Assembly: GCA_043228905.1 (NCBI GenBank)
Contig: JBHGNT010000013.1
Location: forward strand, 20,770,001 to 20,834,000
Length of the DNA stretch: 64,000 nt
Direction of reading: 5' to 3'
Source: Azolla caroliniana
Lineage: Eukaryota; Plantae; Polypodiophyta
In this document: one piece after another, positions 34,777-46,580 of the stretch
Layout: each line of letters starts with the position of its first letter
How positions within the stretch are numbered: the first letter of the stretch is position 1
Program-made: the position numbers and the translations under genes
Notes under the pieces: model-generated
The model's database searches: none
The model's input: only the letters and a program-made list of their open reading frames with translations
What the model was told of the DNA's origin: nothing

Positions 34777-37700
34777 ATGGACATGGTGTCCTCGATGATG
34801 ATCCCTCACCATCGATTTTCGCCTTATCCGAAGACACTTCTTCTTCCTCCTCCGCCATTGCCACAGTCTCGTCTTCACAGCAGGACAGGATCTCCCTCCC
34901 TCTCCCTCCCCCTCCCAACCACCACCACTACCGCCTATTCGAACCCTTTCCAACATCTCAGATATGGTCTTTGGCCTCCTTCCAAACCTTTGCTCTGCTC
35001 TAGGAGAAGTTCTTGTGTCTATGCCGGACTATCTTCTTCGTCGAGTCCTGAGAAGAAACGTGTGGAGAGCGATTCAATCTCTTCTGAGGTTCGTGAACGA
35101 GCCATGAGAGCTGTGGATGAGCTCGGAAGAAGAGTCACTGTGGGTGATGTGGCAAGTAAAGGAGGATTGAAGATTAGTCAAGCTGAGATGGCTTTGCAAG
35201 CCCTTGCAGCCGATACTGGTGGATTTCTAGAGGTAAACGAGAACAAATACCGATGTTGAGAACACTTTTCACTGGTCTATGAATGAATGTCTAGTTGGTA
35301 AGCTAGACAATTGCTTACTTTTAAGAACTCTCTTAAACTTTAAGAACACTCTTAACTTGTCTATGGAATGGCTAGTAGGTGAGCAAGGAAATTTATTTCT
35401 TTAAGAACAATCTTAAGTAGTATCTGAATGTATAGTTGGTAAATGACAAAATTGATGAATACACTCTCAATTAGTATATGAAAGATGTCTGGCAGGTAAA
35501 TGCAATTTTTTTGACTGTAGTTAACTAAATTGTGAATGTCTAGTAAAGAGAAATTCAAATTACCACTTTATGAACCCTCTTAAGTAGTCAATGAATGTCC
35601 CGTAAGTAAGTGGAAATAATTATGAATATTCTTAACTAGTCTCCTAATATCTAGTTGGTAAGTGCGAAAATTTACCTTTAAGTACATTCTTGACTAGTCT
35701 ATGAGTGTCTAGTGGGTAAAAGAGAAAATTTCCAACTTTAATAAGTATCAACCAGCCATGAATGTGTAGCAGTTAAGCGAGAGAATTTCTAACTTTAGAA
35801 CTCTTAACTATCCTATGCATGTTTACTAGGTAAGTGAAAATTTCTGACTTTAGAACTCTTAACTAGCCTATTGTTGTAGACTGGTTTTTTAGAGTCACGT
35901 GAGAAATTCCTATTTCAGAACTTTTAACTAGCTTATAAATGTCTTGTGGTCTGGAACTGATACCGATAGATTCTTTCTTAGAGGATGCTGATGATTTTAA
36001 TCTAGAGGTTAGCGAGAAATTCATAATTTAGATCTCTTAACTAGTCCATATATGTCTTGTGGCTTGCAACTAATACAGATGGATTTCTAGAGGAAGGTGA
36101 TGGTTAAGAACTAGAGAGGTAAGTGAGAGCTTCTAACTTTAGAACTCTTAACTAATCTTTATGTTCCTTGTTTCTTGCAATAAATCCTGGTGGATATCTA
36201 GAAGATGCCAATGTCTTTGGTGTAGAGATACGTGAGAATTCCGGACTATAGATCCCTTCTCTTGTCCATACGTGTCTCGTGGCTTGCAACCAATACCAGT
36301 GGAGAACATAGATGGTTTTAATCTTGTGGTAACTGAGAATTTCTGATTTTAGAAATCTGAATTAACTAGTCTATGCCTTGTGGTTGGCACTGGCCTGGTT
36401 CGGTTCGGTTTCTTTGCCTTGAAACCAAACCAAACCGAACTGAACCATTTATATAAAACAAAACCAAACCAAATTGTTTAGGAACTCTCAAGCAATTTAA
36501 ACCAAACCATTTAGCAAAAGGTAAACCAAACCATTTAAACTAAAACCGTTTATGGAAGAGTTGAAACCAAACTGAACCATTGAATACAAAATTTAAACCT
36601 AACCACTTAAGTCAAACTAATTAAAAAACTAAATAAACAAAAATACATTAAATTAAATAAACCTTTTAAGTTATATTTATTAAATCAATAAAAAAGCATT
36701 AATTAAAAACCATTAAATGAAATAATCATTTAAGTTAAATTAATTAAATCGATAAAAAAACACTAATTAAACCATTATGGGGGGAAAAAAAAGTTCACTA
36801 GAAACCTATAAACCTATAAACCGATAAACTTGAGTTTCAGAACCAAACCAAACCAAAACTGAATCATTTATTTGTAACCCAAACCAAACCAAACCAAACC
36901 AAACCATTAAATTTGTTTGGAACCGATAAACTGTTAAACCATGGCTTAACGGTTGAGTTTGGTTTGAGCTGAAACCGGGCCCATTGCTAGTTGGCAGCCA
37001 ATGACTGTGAAACTTTAGCTAATATATGATTTCTAATGGTTTGTAATAGACACTGGTAGTAACGAAAGTTCACCTCTATGAATGGCAAAATCGTTTCTAG
37101 AGCATACAAGGGGTTTTTGTGGAGGAACTTTGTAGTGTTGTGAAGGTAGATCTCTCGCTAGTCTATGAATGTTTTTTGGTTTTCAACGAGCATTAATTGT
37201 TCGTGGTTTTCCAGAGATAAACAAAAGGCATTGTATAGCTACTCTACATTTATCGAGTAGAATATCAGTGTTTTTCTATAGGTAAGCAATGTACTATCAA
37301 TACCTAGTGGTTGCAAAGGATATTGGTAGTTTTCTTGAGTTGAGAAAAATTTGGCATAGACCCCCTAGCTAGTCTATGGACGTAGTAGTTTGCCATTAAT
37401 ACTAATGGTTTTCTAAAGGTAAGCAAATGGAATGTAAATGTCTTAACCAATTTATAAATGTCTGACGATTTACAATTTTGGTAGTCTTCTAGAGTCCTAT
37501 AATTTTGTAAACATAAATGAATCTATTGTAGAACTATGGTTAGCCTTTGCATGTCTAGCAGCTTGTAACACAACAGAGACCTGTGGTTATCTAGAGGCAA
37601 TTATATCCACAGTAGAACTCTTTGTAATATATGAGTGTCTAATGGTTCTGGTAGAAATTTTGAGTGCTGAGAAGAAATAGTTTGTGTACCAACTCCATCG

Positions 37701-40700
37701 ATGTGTTCTATAAATGTGTAGCGACACTGAATTCTGATGGTACCTTTGTCACAAATCCTGTTGATTTGTTTTTCTGTTTTCTGCTATGAATGCCAGGTTT
37801 CTGGGGACGGTGATGTGTTGTATGTACTTCCAAAGGATTATCGATCGGTTCTTCTTGCAAAGTCACTGAAGCTTAGACTTGAACCTTTGGTGGAAAAAAT
37901 AAAGGTATCAAAGGCTGTTCTGTGTGCAAGTGGATTCCATTCTACAACCCATTCATATGAAAATTCTGAATTGTACTGGGGAAATTTCTTGAGAATGCAT
38001 ATTTTTAAGAAGGCCGTAAGAACTTCATTCTGTAGGAGTAGTATTCTAATCTATTTAGTGTTTTAAATTTACATCTCCTTCCAAGTTACGAAGGAATCCT
38101 TCTTAAATGTTCTATTCGATACTTTTTTAGCATTTTACATTTAATTGACACATAACGTTGGTCACGTTTAGTAAATATGTGGATTATCAGGCTGTTACAG
38201 ATTATCTGATCCGGGTTTCATTTGGGACAACACTTTTGGTCTCAATTCTATTGGTATACAGCACAATCATTATATTACTCACATCATCAAGGAGGTATTC
38301 ATTGTATTTCAACCACTAATACTATCTGGCTCATAACTTTGTTTTTTCCCGTCTTCGTCTTATTTGAAATAATACACTTACATTTAATCCATGCTTGTTT
38401 CAGTGACGAGGGGGACCGTCGACGAGGGAGATCTTCGAACCCTGGTTTCTCAATGTATATCAGTCCAGCTGATTTATTTTGGTATGAGTTTATTGTGTTG
38501 CGTCTTCCCACTCCATAATATCTGTACATGGTTGTATAATAATATCTATGAATATGCATATATGTATGCACAAATTGGTTATATTTGGCTGCGACCAAAG
38601 TTCTGCTTAATTTACTAAGAAATCATGATCATCCTGCTATGCACATATTTTTATGAGTCTAATCAAACTCACAAAATCTTTTTATGAATTATAATATAAA
38701 AAATACGGTAGAAAATATAGAATGTTAATGGAGCACTTCAAATATCAGTCATCAGAAGCGTGCAACAGCTCGCTGTTTCTGAGAATTTGTGTAATATTAG
38801 GTTGGCATCATGTGCAAATGCATTTACATGTACAGAGCCTGTTTTAATAATCAGAATGGTATAATGTAGGTACTGGGATCCATATTACTACCGGAGGAGA
38901 GCTTTATCAGGGAACATGCCAAGGGACAGAGGTGGCCTGAATTTTTTTGAATCTGTAAACTCATTTTCCTTCAGCTGGAAGATATGCTAGCCACCTTTTT
39001 GCGGTTAAGGCTAGGACTGGGTAGCTAGCATTAGCATTTTGTTTCTTTGAAATGGTTTATGGATGATGAATTTAATGCAACTTGCTGTGTACGCAGGTAT
39101 TTTCCTTTGTTTTTGGTGATGGTGATCCAAATGAAGGCAAAGAAGAACGTCGATGGCAAATGGTAGGTATAATGCTACATTCTTGGTGTTTTTCTGCAAA
39201 TGAAATATGCAATGAAACTTATTGGAAATTTCTGTACATGCTATGACAGCAAAATATAACTGCATCTGTAATTTAGGTGATTGAACAATGGTTGAGAGTA
39301 AATCGAGTAGACGATAAGGGGGATGGGACTTTTTTTGTCATTCAAAGTCTGTGTGTTTGATGAAGGCAAGGGTTCTTAAGCAAGAATTTATAGGACATCA
39401 TTAAAAAAAATCCCTCTCTATGTTTGAGGAGACTGTTGTAAGGAGGTGTCTCTCTATGAGAGTTGATATTAACACATCATTTGAAGTCAAAGTTAAATAG
39501 CATTTGTTGAAAAATTCCTAAACTTTAAACAAAACATTCATGGGGGAAGTACTGAATATTGCAATAATGGTACCATTATTATTACTGTATATTTCTTCAG
39601 TCATGCTGACATTTCCTGACATCTTTTAGATTGGAGAATATATTAAATCTAAAGGCGGGGTTGTGTGTGCTGAGGAGCTTGCACCATTTTTAGATGTTCC
39701 TCCTTTGGAAGAAAGTCGGGTGAGTTTTATACATTCATTTTATTCCCGTCGGAGATCCTTTTTTTTGGGAGTTCAGGAGAATGTTTGATTGCTAAGATTT
39801 CTTGGCAGTCCTTTATGAAGATGCAAGATTGCCTACTCTCTGTGTTTTTGTGCTCTCTTCTCCATTTTGATTTAGGATGCATGGTGTGATGTAGCACATT
39901 CTGATTGTGTAACTATTTCATATTAAGCAGGATATAGAATCATTGGTGCTGCCTGTATTGCTTAGGTTCGATGGAGAACCCGAAGTTGACAAGCTGGTAA
40001 GAGCAGCTCTTTCAAGATATGATCTTGGTTTTACTTGACGTATATATGAGAATGCATTGCATGGTACTGTTCTCCAGGGAAACATTGTGTATCGTTTTCC
40101 ATCACTGCAAAGAACAGCATCCATTTGGTCAAGTCTTTATGATCAGGAATCGTTCTCAGAGAAATCTTGGATATTCAGGTACAGTGAATATTTGGCTATA
40201 TGTGATTTGCGTGCTTTGACCTTGTTTCTAATGATTTTACCAATATGCTTAAGGCGTGTGCTGGCTTAATAGTAATTTTTTAACAGTTTCAAATCTGAAA
40301 GTCTTTCACATCATATAACTTTACTTTACATGGTCAAACATGTCCTGTAATGGCTTTTTTAATGTAATGTTTGGGTTTCTAAAGTAATGGATACAATGAT
40401 TGGAGTTTCTCATAAATACATAATTGTAACTCTGTGAAGTACATTAACAATGGTGAGCATAGAATGCACCTTGACAATTGACTCAATTAAGTACATGTAG
40501 AGCATACAAGTCTCTTGTCAAGCTTTAGTACAGAGGGGATTGGCAAGGTTTACGTATCTTATTCTTTGTTACCCTACAGAAAAACTTTAGTATGTTGTCA
40601 TTCCTCCACCTGGCAGAATGTGAGTCATAGCTTCAGCCTTCTACAGAATCATTTAGCATATCAAGGTTACCATCTGATTCCAACTATTGCATACTGGGCT

Positions 40701-43700
40701 GAATGCTCCAATATCTTTAAACGCTGTAGAATATGTAGTAAGTTAATCAATTTCAACTGTAGTTCTAAATTTCTGCAAAACATCTGCAGCTGCAGGCTCA
40801 ATCACACGATCTGTAGATAATTCTGGCTAGGGTTATATTGTCCTACTTAACTTTGCCGGTGTTGGTTTCGTTTAAATTTGTCATCTAATGGACACTGCAT
40901 TTATTTTCCATGGTTTTATCAAATTCAGTTAATTTTTTTCTCTTCTGTTTTCGTTTGTACATTCATTTGCTTTAATTAGTTTGGTATTCTCTGTGATTAA
41001 TAGAATTCAATTGCTACCACTAACGATTACATTTTGTTTGGTGCAGCAAGGCAAATGAGATGAACAAATTTCTAGTTATTGGCCTTGGCGCAGTCAATTT
41101 AGTAGGGGTTGTTGTTTTGAGTAGCTGGCTAAGGTAAAATCTCGTATGATGTATTCCTTTCCCTTGTGTGATAGAAAAGAACTAAAGATGTTTGATCATA
41201 TTTTTTCAGGGATGCTAGCATTATTGGAAGGTTTGGTGATGGTCTTGTACCATTTATGGCGAAAATATTGCCCATTCTCCAGGTATTATGAAGTTTGATT
41301 CTAACTTTAAGCATCAGATACAAATAGAAGTGTTGTTCAAGTTATTATTTCTATCATTTATATGTTTCCATCATGAGAACCCACCATCTGTATGGGTTCT
41401 CGTGTGAGAGTGGATAGGTTTAGAAGATTATTTAAAAACAAAATGCTTCGGAAATGGGATAAAAAACAGGTGTATGCTTAAAAAGGATACAACCCATCTT
41501 GATTCCCCTGGGTCATAGAATCACTTAGGTATTCCCTAAATTATGTTTCAATGCATTGAATATTTGTATTCTTTGCACCATCTCATCGTCACATGAGAAT
41601 GCTGTTTCAGAACCCTACCATGCTGGAAGAACATTCCAACACATAAGATTTGCAGCAAAAGTTTCTACCCAACAGTTAAACTTTGAACACAAAGGTTGAA
41701 GATTGTGGGATGTGACAAATTATTGTAGACTATATCAGTTAAAAAGTTGCACTAGTTTAAGAAAACAACCTGTGCAATTTACAACCCATCTTAAAAGGGA
41801 TACAACTCATCTTGATTCCCCTGGGTCATAGAATCACTTAGGTATTCCCTAAATTATGTTTCAATGCATTGAGTATTTGTATTCTTTGCACCATCTCATC
41901 GTCACATGAGAATGCTGTTTCAGAACCCTACCATGCTGGAAGAACATTCCAACACATAAGATTTGCAGCAAAAGTTTCTACCCAACAGTTAAACTTTGAA
42001 CACAAAGGTTGAAGATTGTGGGATGTGACAAATTATTGTAGACTAATATCAGTTAAAAAGTTGCACTAGTTTAAGAAAACAACCTGTGCAATTTACAACC
42101 CATCTTAAAAGGGATACAACTCATCTTGATTCCCCTGGGTCATAGAATCACTTAGGTATTCCCTAAATTATGTTTCAATGCATTGAGTATTTGTATTCTT
42201 TGCACCATCTCATCGTCACATGAGAATGCTGTTTCAGAACCCTACCATGCTGGAAGAACATTCCAACACATAAGATTTGCAGCAAAAGTTTCTACCCAAC
42301 AGTTAAACTTTGAACACAAAGGTTGAAGATTGTGGGATGTGACAAATTATTGTAGACTAATATCAGTTAAAAAGTTGCACTAGTTTAAGAAAACAACCTG
42401 TGCAATTTACATTGCACAACCATCTTTGGTGCCCGCCCACTATTCCTATTGTATGATTAAATTAACCGTCAATTTTCCTGAAATTTGAAGCCTTATAAAT
42501 GCTGAAATAATCTAGGAAAATAGAGGTACTCTTCTTACATTTGATATCTTTGTTATTAGTTCTAGCTATTTGAACAGATTGAGGCCTAAATGGGATTTTT
42601 TTTCACAAGACAATTGTATCATGAGGAGAGCACCAAAATTTAGCGTATACCTTTTAATTGGTTACAGAAGTTAGGGTTTTTTATCTGTTGCTTTTTATAA
42701 AAAATTAGGGCTTCTTTGATCAGAAATTAGGGCCTCTGATCTGTGTTTACAGAAATTATGTTATATGAGAGTTAGTTACATGATTATTCCTAGGATTCAG
42801 GTGGTTGTATGTATTTAGAGTTTTAATGTGTGAATCTGTGATTCTCATATTTGAATGGGGCCTGTCACTTAACAGTTGTGTCATGTTTGCAGAAATTATG
42901 TTATATGAGAGTTAGTTACATGATTATTCCTAGGATTCAGGTGGTTGTATGTATTTAGAGTTTTAATGTGTGAATCTGTGATTCTCATATTTGAATGGGG
43001 CCTGTCACTTAACAGTTGTGTCATGTTTGCATGGTGACGGGATCTAAATCTGTTCGATAAATTTTAATGTGGGCATTAATGTGAAGGGTGTTCACAATAA
43101 TAACTAGGAGTTGTGTGAAAGATTGCAAAATTTGACGATTCATGTCAACTAACTCTAGGAAAATAGAGGTACTCTTCTTACATTTGATATCTTTGTTATT
43201 AGTTCTAGCTATTTGAACAGATTGAGGCCTAAATGGGATTTTTTTTCACGAGACAATTGTATCATGAGGAGAGCACCAAATTTTAGCGTACACCTTTTAA
43301 TTGTTTACAGAAGTTAGGGTTTTTTATCTGTTGCTTTTTATAAAAAATTAGGGCTTCTTTGATCAGAAATTAGGGCCTCTGATCTGTGTTTACTGATAGA
43401 AAATTAAGGGATGTTCACTAGCAAGTTTAGGGGTCTTCCTTGCAGCTGTGTAAAAGCCTATATGGAGGCCTGCTGGAAACATCCTAAGCATTAGAATTTT
43501 CATCAGTAATGAAACTCAGCAAGGACATTTATGGGGGTTCATGTTTCCTTGAAATTGCATCATGCTGGTGTAAAACACTCTTTTATTTGTAATGTCTCGA
43601 TTCTTGTTGGATTAATAAAGAAATTCCCACAGGGCCTCCGATATTTGGGGCTTAACAATGTATCATGTTGAATTGTCTGAACCCTTATACTCTTCTCAAG

Positions 43701-46580
43701 CAAGAGCATGTACCACAAACTAAATTGGGGTTGTTTTATCCATTGTAACTCCAACCCTTCTCTATGGAGTAGAAATTTGAAAACCGAGCCTGCGTAGGGC
43801 ACATAATTAGACAAATTTGTAGGAACCTTGAGTCTTGATGATTGCTTGTATGATAAGGAGCAAAGCATCATTGCCCCATTATATAATCTTGGTGGAGCCC
43901 CAATAGTAACCGAGGCATTGTTTCGATTAGTGTGACCGGTATCCAACATATTTAGGAGCTCCCTATGCCAGGTACTCAAGACTGCCACTTTCGTCATCAA
44001 AGTAGCTTGCTGAACATGGAGATAATCAATGTTATTATGCTGAAATGCAAGACTGACTCCAGTTACATTGCATAAGTGTAAACATGCTACTCCTTTCCAA
44101 TATAGCTTGGTTTGTCCAATCTTGAACATGACTAAAGTGAAAAAGGTAGAGTGATTTGAGTTGATATTATTAAATTGGATAATACAAGAGCATGGATCAG
44201 CCCCACAATACCTCTTGGTAGGAAGATGGCCCACTATAAGGCTCTCTTTTTACACATGTCGCAAGATGGATTTAATATCAGGCCTGTCTATATGGATACA
44301 CAGCAATCTCATGCGTGTCGTAGTGCGATAGGGAAGCTCAGAAGATATATCTTGCGCGCAGGCGATGACCATTTAGACATTGACAAATAAAGGCCACCAT
44401 CACCTCAGCGCAGATAATGCAACGATCCTTTGTGATTTGGAACACTAGGAAAATCCATATCAGAGTCACAGAATCCATGCAATTGCAATGAAACCTTTTC
44501 ATAACATAGACACTTACTTTTTATCTGCTTAAAACATCTCATTATTGATGTGCTGGCTCCTGAATGGGCCTTGCTAGGATTAGCCATTAACATGCTAAAA
44601 AATTCCACTGCCTGTGCAATGTCTAGTTTGTAGCAATCATGGCATACATCAAAGAAACACAAGCTGATGTATATGATACAGCCTTCACTGAATTGGCTGC
44701 TGCATCATCTTTTTGGCTGTCTTTTTTGCTTACCTTTTTTGAGATGTGGCCACAAAGTTACACTTCTTTTGCCTCATTCATGTTGAACCTTTTCAAATAC
44801 TTTTTCAGTGTACATGAAGCAGCAGCAGCTGCTTATCCCTGTTTGTCCTCATATCCAAGATATACTCAGCTGAACCTAAGTTTTTCATCGCAAAGGCTGA
44901 TTTTAGCTGGTATTTAAGTGCATTAAGAGTACCCAGGTTTTTATTGGCAATAAACATATCATCTATGTATAGCATCAAAGCGGTGGGGCTACTGTCTACA
45001 TCCCTTTTTATTGAAGACCATTATCTGTGTGGTTCCTTTTAAACCCATGTGATAACATAAAAGCATAAAAGGTTTTTTTATCAATGTCTAGAAGATTGTC
45101 CCAGTCTATATAAACTTTTGAGTTTGCACACAAATTCTTCCTTATCAGGAATTGCAAACCCAGTTAGTGGCATCCTAAATAGCTCTTCTTCAATGTCACC
45201 ATGGAAGAAAGCAGTCTTTACATCCATTTGGTAAAACTCCATGTCAAGAGCTATAGTGAAGCAAATGAAGTCGGCAAGATGATCATTTAAACTACATGGG
45301 AAAATACCTCTTGAAAGTCAACCGTTTTTAATTGTAGACTGCCTTTCTCAACCAACCTTGCTTTGTACTTGGGTTTTCAATCCCGTCTTGATTTTATACA
45401 CCCACCCATCAAGAATGCCATTCTTACCCTTGGGCAAGTGCATCAAGTTCCAATAATCTCTGCTTTAATGTAAGAGGCTTACCCTTATCAGTCAATATAA
45501 TTTACTGCATGGAGGGATTCCTTACTCTAGTAAACCTTACAATACAATCTACATTGTCGATCATGAGATTTACATCAGGGGGAACCGTCCAATGTTCACG
45601 TTTATGGTGTGCTGAAAACCAAGCAGAAGAAATACTGAATCAATCCAGTCATATAAACTTTTAGGGGTCTGTTATTATCCCACAGAAAGCTTTCATTAGT
45701 TTGTAAACCATGTGTTCTTGCTTTATCTCCTATAAACCTTGAGGATCATCGTTGGCATTTTGAATATATCTTTCTGTAATGTGGTCTGTTCTCCACCAAA
45801 ATATGAGAGAGGACTGGAATGTAATGCCAACCATCAGATATTGTAACCATATTCATGTTTTGGTAATAAGAGGTGATTGCGTCTAGTTTTGGATCCTTCC
45901 AAACTTCTGGAATCTTGATGACTCATTCCTTCTTGATCAATTGATAGGTATATACTGCAGCCTTCTTTGCTATTCCAGCAATAAGGTGGTTCTCTGTACA
46001 AAAGAAGAATTCTGAGATATCAAAAAAAAATCTTGCAAGGCAGAAATGGGGAGAACTTTTAAAACAGCCAGATTTTCTTTTACGGAAAAAGGTAGTCAAA
46101 CTTACCTCGTTTTTTGTTGGAAGCTATTATGGTTAATGAAAGTTTTAAAATTTTCCATTGCAGATTTTAGCGTACTTATCAAAGACCAAATTTTCATTTG
46201 TTTGTTGGTGGTGATTTATGGCTCTCCAATTGTGTCTGTTTATTATTAGTGATTATTAAGATAACAAGTCTTGCATATTATGAGTGTAAACTTGATAAAG
46301 CAGAGATCCTTGGTTGAAGACTGAAATTTGCATTGATATTTTCCTCATCCTTTTATCTTTTTTTTAAGATGGTAGAGTTAATGCTTTCCTTTTCTCTTTA
46401 TCATATTTGACATTACATTTTTTGGTGATCTCCTGAAAGCTTGAAAGCACAAGGAGTTTAGCAAAGCAAACTGTTATTGGTCGTGAAGAAATCATATACT
46501 CTACCGAGAAGGACATCACAGATCAAAATTTTGAAGCTGAAGATTGGGAACAGAGATTGAAGCAGAAGGAATCAAGATAG
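34777..46580 (+). CDS. At5g03900-like chloroplast-targeted membrane protein; 13 exons: 34777-35232, 37797-37904, 38191-38294, 38404-38481, 38870-38954, 39097-39162, 39630-39719, 39931-39996, 40078-40178, 41047-41133, 41210-41282, 45948-46091, 46440-46580
   Basis: Ser/Pro-rich transit peptide, then RRVTVGDVASKGGL...LQALAADTGGFLE|VSGDGDVLY, YLIRVSFGT, FFES|VFSFVFGDGDPN, GGVVCAEELAPFLD, PVLLRFDGEPEVD, GNIVYRFPSLQRTA and FFAIPAIRW. All introns are GT-AG and in frame. The family assignment is from memory of this conserved plant/cyanobacterial protein. Confidence 0.88.
35233..37500 (+). repeat. degenerate ~55-bp and ~115-bp tandem repeat array filling intron 1
   Basis: Approximate consensus CTAGTCTATGAATGTCTAGTTGGTAAGCGAGAAATTTCTAACTTTAGAACTCTTAA, about a dozen copies at 35233-35870, followed by longer units. 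Confidence 0.8.
36385..36989. mobile_element. AAACC/AACCG-rich non-autonomous DNA element (hAT-like) inserted in the intron repeat array
   Basis: Imperfect inverted ends TGGCACTGGCCTGGTT and AACCGGGCCCATTGCTA, an AT-rich core and many AAACC(G) motifs. Confidence 0.6.
41477..42411. repeat. near-identical triple tandem repeat, unit 313-314 bp
   Basis: Units start at 41477, 41790 and 42104 (CTTAAAA.GGATACAAC.CATCTTGATTCCCCTGGG...). Confidence 0.97.
42511..43392. repeat. 240-bp dispersed duplication (42511-42750 and ~43155-43392) bracketing a 140-bp tandem duplication (42751-42890 and 42891-43030)
   Basis: TCTAGGAAAATAGAGGTACTC... occurs twice, and AGAAATTATGTTATATGAGAG...TCATGTTTGC occurs twice. 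Confidence 0.93.
43690..44400 (+). mobile_element. LINE relic (same broad family as 33134-34650) in intron 11
   Basis: LGGAPIVTEALFRLV, RAWISP and YMDTQQSHACRSAIGKLR resemble the 33-34 kb LINE C-terminal region. Confidence 0.6.
44405..45480 (-). mobile_element. decayed copia RT/RNase H fragment in intron 11
   Basis: The minus strand translates QMDVKTAFFHGD at ~45190-45235 and DIAQAV..FS..MANP..AH...LHGFCDSD. Confidence 0.75.

Noticed and set aside
35233-35870. Regularly spaced repeats as a CRISPR array
   Set aside because: It lies in a eukaryotic intron, the units are degenerate along their whole length with no conserved repeat/unique spacer pattern, and there are no cas genes.
42660-43432. 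TTAGGG motifs as an interstitial telomere
   Set aside because: They are scattered single motifs (telo-box-like), not a tandem array.
43560-44234. 224-aa minus-strand ORF as a nested gene
   Set aside because: It is the antisense frame of a LINE relic and has no recognisable domain.
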